Source of the DNA: Bacteroidota bacterium
GTDB lineage: Bacteria; Bacteroidota; Bacteroidia; JAKFFM01
Length of the DNA stretch: 64,000 nucleotides
Assembly: GCA_036675075.1 (NCBI GenBank)
Contig: JAKFFM010000002.1
Location: 83,120 to 147,119, forward strand
Reading direction: 5' to 3'
Position 1 is the first letter of the stretch. Each line of letters opens with the position of its first letter. The position numbers and the translations under genes were made by a program. Positions 59,126-64,000 of this stretch are shown piece after piece. Under the pieces are notes generated by a model, which saw only the letters and a list, made by a program, of their open reading frames with translations, was not told where the DNA came from and did no database searches.

Positions 59126-60205
59126 ATGAGAGTAAGCATTAAAAGATTTCTGGTTCTCTTGGCTGCTGCTGCCTTTGTGCAGACAGCAGTTGCGGGGAAT
59201 GAAGACCGCGCCGGACAGGCAGGTGCTTCTGAGCTCCTGATCAATCCGTGGTCACGCAGCACAGGCTGGGCCAGTGCTAACATGGCGACCAGCCGTGGTC
59301 TTGAATCGCAGTTCCTGAATGTTGCCGGAACAGCCTTCACGCGCAAAACAGAAGTGATGTTTTCGCATACGAAGTGGCTTAAGGGAACAGACATCAACAT
59401 CAATGCGTTTGGGTTTACTCAGCGGGTTGGTGAGTCAGGTGTGATTGGACTCGGTGTGATGTCAATGGATTTTGGCAAAATTCCAATTACAACTACGCAG
59501 CTTCCTGAAGGAGGAATCGGAACATTTAATCCTTCTTTCGTTAATATCGGATTATCCTACGCTAAAGAATTTTCGAACAGCATCTATGGTGGATTGACTG
59601 TGAAGGCGGTTAACGAAGCGATCGCTGACGTGAAAGCACAAGGTGTTGCTCTCGATGCAGGTATTCAGTACGTTACAGGAAAAACCAAAAACGTGAAGTT
59701 TGGAATCTCCTTAAAGAACGTCGGACCTCCTTTGAAGTACTCAGGTAATGGTCTTAATCAGACTGCAGTAATCCCTGTTACAAACAGCAAAGGTGGAAAT
59801 ACCCAGCTTACTCTAAGCCAGAGAAACACACCATTTGAATTGCCATCACAGTTGAATATCGGTGGAGCGGTTGACCTGTTCACCTCGAAGGACACTGCAG
59901 TGAAAACAATCCACAGATTGACCATCGCTGCAAGCTTTACTTCAAATTCATTTTCAAAAGATGGTTTCCAGGGTGGTGTTGAATATGGATTCAAAACTTA
60001 CTTCATGGTTCGCGGTGGTTACTACTACGAAGACGGGATCACGAAGGATGCCGAAAGAACTACTGCGCTTACTGGCCCTACAGCCGGATTCACAGTGGAG
60101 CTTCCTCTGAACAGCAGAGGTACTTCTTTTGGTCTTGACTATGCTTACCGCTGGACAAATCCGTTCCAGGGATGCCATACAATCGGCGCCCGAATCAATT
60201 TATAA
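59126..60205 (+). CDS. PorV/LptO-like (FadL-type) outer-membrane beta-barrel protein
   Basis: Start at ATG 59126 (track ORF begins at TTG 59102). Signal peptide; GASELLINPWSRSTGWASANMATS and SHTKWLKGTDININ resemble the N-terminal motifs I recall for PorV; barrel-like alternation to the C-terminus. Confidence 0.5.
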   Translation: MRVSIKRFLVLLAAAAFVQTAVAGNEDRAGQAGASELLINPWSRSTGWASANMATSRGLESQFLNVAGTAFTRKTEVMFSHTKWLKGTDININAFGFTQRVGESGVIGLGVMSMDFGKIPITTTQLPEGGIGTFNPSFVNIGLSYAKEFSNSIYGGLTVKAVNEAIADVKAQGVALDAGIQYVTGKTKNVKFGISLKNVGPPLKYSGNGLNQTAVIPVTNSKGGNTQLTLSQRNTPFELPSQLNIGGAVDLFTSKDTAVKTIHRLTIAASFTSNSFSKDGFQGGVEYGFKTYFMVRGGYYYEDGITKDAERTTALTGPTAGFTVELPLNSRGTSFGLDYAYRWTNPFQGCHTIGARINL

Positions 60206-60235
60206 ATTTTTCGTATATTAGTTTTAGGAAGAGAG

Positions 60236-60267
60236 TCCCGAGCGATCGGGATTCTTTTTCTGCTTTT
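60236..60267 (+). terminator. Rho-independent terminator after the PorV-like gene
   Basis: Perfect hairpin tcccga-gcga-tcggga (60236-60251) followed by the T-rich tract ttctttttctgctttt. Confidence 0.55.
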
Positions 60268-60290
60268 AATGCATAACACTTTTTAGAGAG

Positions 60291-60764
60291 ATGGCACAGA
60301 TATCATATTTTACTGAAGAAGGATTAAAGAAGCTCAAGGAAGAATTGATGTATTTGAAGACGCATGAGCGTGCAATGATCTCCAACCAGATCGCTGAGGC
60401 GAGAGATAAGGGAGATCTGTCTGAAAATGCTGAATATGATGCAGCTAAAGAAGCTCAGGGATTACTTGAACTTAAGATCTCCAAGCTTGAGGAAGTTATA
60501 ACCAATGCAAGGATCGTTGATGAATCTAAACTTGATAATTCAAAAGTGCTCATCCTTTCCAAGGTGAAGATCAAAAACCTCAAAACAGGAGCGAGCATGC
60601 AGTACACCCTTGTGGCTGAAAATGAAGCTGACCTGAAAGCCGGTAAGATCTCTGTTGATTCGCCGATCGCTAAAGGATTGCTTGGTAAGAAAGTGGGTGA
60701 CAAGGTCGATGTGAACGCACCTTCAGGCATCATCCCGTTTGAAATTATTGATATCACAAGGTAA
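60291..60764 (+). CDS. greA: Transcription elongation factor GreA
   Basis: 157 aa; N-terminal coiled coil with EARDKGDLSENAEYDAAKEAQ, C-terminal FKBP-like domain. Confidence 0.85.
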   Translation: MAQISYFTEEGLKKLKEELMYLKTHERAMISNQIAEARDKGDLSENAEYDAAKEAQGLLELKISKLEEVITNARIVDESKLDNSKVLILSKVKIKNLKTGASMQYTLVAENEADLKAGKISVDSPIAKGLLGKKVGDKVDVNAPSGIIPFEIIDITR

Positions 60765-61159
60765 TGAGCACCATCTTTTCAAAGATCATCAAGGAGGAGA
60801 TCCCGGCTCATAAAGTCGCTGAAAATGAGGATTACCTTGCATTCCTGGACGTATTCCCTCTTGTGGAAGGTCATGTGCTGGTAATCCCTAAAAAAGAGAC
60901 TGATTACATCTTTGATATTGAAGAGGAGGAATATAAAGGCCTGTGGTCATTTGCAAAGCACGTCGCAACCGGATTAAAAAAGGCGATTCCTTGTACCAAG
61001 GTGGGTGTTGCGGTTGTAGGCCTGGAAGTGGCCCATGCACACATTCATCTTATTCCCATCAACAACGTTTCGGATATGAGCTTTGCAAGGGAAAAGCTGA
61101 AGCTAAGCAATGATCAGCTGGCGGAAATTGCGCTCAGTATCAGGAAGCAGCTCTCCTAA
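60764..61159 (+). CDS. HIT-family (histidine triad) nucleotide hydrolase
   Basis: 131 aa; HVLVIPKKE and histidine triad AHAHIHLIP; start overlaps the greA stop. Confidence 0.8.
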   Translation: MSTIFSKIIKEEIPAHKVAENEDYLAFLDVFPLVEGHVLVIPKKETDYIFDIEEEEYKGLWSFAKHVATGLKKAIPCTKVGVAVVGLEVAHAHIHLIPINNVSDMSFAREKLKLSNDQLAEIALSIRKQLS

Positions 61160-61181
61160 GAATTCGTAATAAATTGGGTGC

Positions 61182-62267
61182 TTATCCGGGAACCTGGTAA
61201 ACTACCGCGTTCAGATTTACACCTGCACCAATGGATGTAAGCATGATCTTCTTGCCCGGCTGAAGGGAATGTCCTTCCATTTTACCTTTTAATATCAGAT
61301 CATACAGTGTTGGAAGTGTTGCCACAGAGCTGTTCCCAAGCCAGTCAAGCGTTAATGGCATGATCTCTTTGGGCATTCCGATTATTCCATATTCCTTATA
61401 AAGCCTGGTGATGATTGCCTCAAGCATCTTCGTATTGGCCTGATGAATCAGGATTTTGCTGATGTCAAGTATGTCAATTCCTGCCACTACAATGCTCTCT
61501 TTTAGCAAGGCGGGCATCACTTTTAAAGCATGCTCATACAATATGCGACCTTTCATCTTCAGGAACATATGATCATGTGGATAGGATGGATTGTTTGATT
61601 TATCCATTCTGAGCACATAAGCCAGTGTTTCAGTATGACTGCTTGCCTTGCAGGAGATAATGCCTACAGGCTCGTCGGATAGTCTTCCCTCGAGCAATAC
61701 CGCGCCTGCACCATCTGAAAAAAGCATGCTGTCACGATCATGTGGATCCGACACGCGAGATAAGGTATCAGCACCAACGATCAATGCTTTTTTGATAAGA
61801 CCTGCCTTGATCTGTGCATTGGCCTGTATCACAGCCTGTAGCCATCCTGCACATCCGAATGGAAGATCATAACAGACAGTTTCAGGATTCTTTATTCCAA
61901 GCTTATGCTTAACCCGTGAAGAGATTCCTGGTACAAATTCACTTCTTCTGGTTTGATGACTTATATCACCAAAGTTGTGGGCAACGATGATGAGATCCAG
62001 TGTCTCAGGATCCGTTTGAGTGCTTTCTAAAGTATTGAGTGCAGCAAAGTAGGCGATGTCAGATGTTACAAGATCATCCGTGATATATCGTCTTTCTTTT
62101 ATGCCTGTGATCTCATAGAATTTCAGAATGAGCTCATCATTGGATTTGGTTAATGGAATTCCTTTATCATCAAAAAAAGCACTCGATAGGAAATCTTCGT
62201 TCTTGACAGTCTTTGTTGGAATGTAGCTTCCGCTTCCCGTAATCACGGAATAAACAAGCTTAGACAT
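61182..62267 (-). CDS. 3-oxoacyl-ACP synthase III family (FabH-like)
   Basis: 361 aa; active-site Cys in CYDLPFGCAGWLQAV, ALIVGADTLSRVSDPHDRDSMLFSDGAGAVLLE, C-terminal GAGVNLNAVVYQV. Confidence 0.7.
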   Translation of the reverse strand: MSKLVYSVITGSGSYIPTKTVKNEDFLSSAFFDDKGIPLTKSNDELILKFYEITGIKERRYITDDLVTSDIAYFAALNTLESTQTDPETLDLIIVAHNFGDISHQTRRSEFVPGISSRVKHKLGIKNPETVCYDLPFGCAGWLQAVIQANAQIKAGLIKKALIVGADTLSRVSDPHDRDSMLFSDGAGAVLLEGRLSDEPVGIISCKASSHTETLAYVLRMDKSNNPSYPHDHMFLKMKGRILYEHALKVMPALLKESIVVAGIDILDISKILIHQANTKMLEAIITRLYKEYGIIGMPKEIMPLTLDWLGNSSVATLPTLYDLILKGKMEGHSLQPGKKIMLTSIGAGVNLNAVVYQVPG

Positions 62268-62486
62268 TTATTCTAAATTATATGATCCTTCCTGGGAAGG
62301 CAACAGAAGAATTTCTTCTGAAGTAAAGGTCTGTTCGTTAAGTCTAATGAAGGCCGGAATGGCTACTTACGTAGGCTTCTCTGTTTTTTCAGATACATAC
62401 AAGGTACGGAAAAAACTTGATTGAGATTAAAAATTTTTACTTCAGCAGATGATTGTTCTCATCAAATGAAAGGGTTGAAGCGATGC

Positions 62487-63059
62487 CTATTTCTTTCTGA
62501 TCTTTTCAGGGTTCGCATTTATAAAGGCTTTCCAGCCCGTAAACGATTTGGACTGTGATTCAACACTTTTGAACTGGAAATGATGACAGACTGCTGCAGC
62601 TAATCCATCCGTAGCATCGAGATTTTTAGGAAGCTCTTTTATTTTTAACAGGTTTGAGATCATCGCTGCAACCTGTTCCTTGCTTGCATTACCGTTGCCG
62701 GTGATCGACTGCTTGATCTTTCGTGGTGAATATTCAAAAATTGGAATGTCACGATAAAGCCCTGCGGCCATGGCAACACCTTGTGCGCGGCCCAGCTTGA
62801 GCATGCTCTGCACATTTTTTCCAAAGAATGGTGCTTCAATAGCAAGCTCATCAGGAGTGAATTCATCGACCAGGCCAAGTGTACGTTCAAAGATCCTTCG
62901 CAGCTTGGACGGATGATCATCAAGGGCAGACATGTCAAGGACACCCATACCCAACATCTCCATTTTACTGCCTGCGATCCTGATGATCCCGAATCCCATA
63001 ATGTTAGTACCTGGATCGATCCCGAGAATTATCTTTTCTTTTAATGGCTTATCGTTCAT
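62487..63059 (-). CDS. ruvC: Holliday junction resolvase RuvC
   Basis: Start moved to internal ATG ([26 protein letters not shown]); 190 aa; catalytic-site context [13 protein letters not shown] near the C-terminus. Confidence 0.8.
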   Translation of the reverse strand: MNDKPLKEKIILGIDPGTNIMGFGIIRIAGSKMEMLGMGVLDMSALDDHPSKLRRIFERTLGLVDEFTPDELAIEAPFFGKNVQSMLKLGRAQGVAMAAGLYRDIPIFEYSPRKIKQSITGNGNASKEQVAAMISNLLKIKELPKNLDATDGLAAAVCHHFQFKSVESQSKSFTGWKAFINANPEKIRKK

Positions 63060-63084
63060 TTCTCTTTTCGTATAATTGCCCGGA

Positions 63085-64000
63085 ATGGTGCTATCGTTAA
63101 GGGATCCAGGCAAAGTTATTCTAAAGCTCGTCTTTCTGGCGCTTGCACTGGCCTTTATTTTTTCACGGGTTTTTAACCAGGATCATCTCACATCGCTTGA
63201 ATACACCGTCAATGCAAGCTTCTTCTTTGAACATATCGAATGGTTATTTCTCGAAGTTCTCCTGTTGATGATCAACCTTTTTTGCGAGAGCCTAAAGTGG
63301 AAGTATGTGATGGCCGGAACATGTCACCTGAGCAAACGTGATTCCCTTAAGGCAGTCGTTGCAGGCTTTACATCAGGGATGTTCACACCAAACAGAACGG
63401 GTGAGTTTGTCGGGAGGGTGATCATGCTTCCTGCTCATGCAAGGATCAATGGTGTGATTGGCTCTGCGATTTTATCCGCACTTCAGTTATTATGCACCAT
63501 TGTATTCGGGATCATTGGACTGCTGTTCCTGAAAGATCACGCAGGCTTTATGGAAATGCTTCCTTCAGCACGTGTCTTTATCTGGTCTCTGGTTCTCCTG
63601 CTTTCTGTGCTAACCTTGATTTTCATGATCTTCAGAGGTCCTCTGTCCAGGAAGTTTCAATTCTTATATGAAGCATTCCTCTCCTTCAGAAAAAGCTCAT
63701 TGCTATTTTTAGCTTCTCTGTCTGTCATGAGGTATGTTGTATTCTCGCTGCAGTTTGTTCTCGCCTTGCTGTTATTTGGGATAAGCTATAACCTCGGTGA
63801 TTTGTTCTGTGGAGTTGCGGTGTTTTTTCTTTTGAGCTCTGCAGTTCCTTCTTTCCTTCTTTCAGAAATCATTACTAGAGGCGCAGTGGCTGTTCTCATC
63901 TTCAATTCTCTGGGATTGCCCGATGTCACTGTTTTTCTTGCTTCAACGTTTATCTGGACTCTTAACATTGCATTGCCTTCTCTCGCAGGTGCTTTTGTTC
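63085..64000 (+). CDS. Flippase-like (lysyl-phosphatidylglycerol-synthase-type TM domain, UPF0104) membrane protein, N-terminal part; continues past window end
   Basis: Frame open from ATG 63085 to the window end (no stop, so absent from the ORF track); translation [25 protein letters not shown]... shows at least six TM helices. Confidence 0.45.
   Translation, partial: MVLSLRDPGKVILKLVFLALALAFIFSRVFNQDHLTSLEYTVNASFFFEHIEWLFLEVLLLMINLFCESLKWKYVMAGTCHLSKRDSLKAVVAGFTSGMFTPNRTGEFVGRVIMLPAHARINGVIGSAILSALQLLCTIVFGIIGLLFLKDHAGFMEMLPSARVFIWSLVLLLSVLTLIFMIFRGPLSRKFQFLYEAFLSFRKSSLLFLASLSVMRYVVFSLQFVLALLLFGISYNLGDLFCGVAVFFLLSSAVPSFLLSEIITRGAVAVLIFNSLGLPDVTVFLASTFIWTLNIALPSLAGAFV

Overview
64-kb chromosomal segment that reads like a Bacteroidota genome: many signal-peptide proteins ending in T9SS type A or type B C-terminal sorting domains, a GldA-like ABC ATPase, a PorV-like barrel, frequent GTG/TTG starts. 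About 55 protein-coding genes on both strands; I recognised no rRNA, tRNA, CRISPR, transposase, integrase or phage genes. Housekeeping genes (cysDN, nadB, nfu-like, metK, rsgA, dtd, atpDC, ribF, ahcY, greA, HIT, fabH-like, ruvC) are interleaved with three accessory-looking blocks. (i) 0-10.8 kb: a BcsA-like synthase gene cut by the window edge with a clan GH-A hydrolase, plus two giant T9SS type-B adhesin-like proteins. (ii) 19.5-36.4 kb: a glycan island of T9SS-exported glycoside hydrolases, SBBP propeller, CBM-GH26, acyltransferase-3, a 685-bp gene-free spacer, and a convergent operon of CotH-like lipoprotein / STAS-like protein / PilZ-less BcsA-like synthase / single-TM peptide. This operon is my best candidate for an undescribed system. 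(iii) 51.2-60.2 kb: a TonB-dependent-receptor-like barrel, a 1369-aa T9SS protein and a PorV-like barrel. All calls rest on motif recognition by eye in the supplied translations and sequence; no database search or computation was run, so family assignments are provisional.
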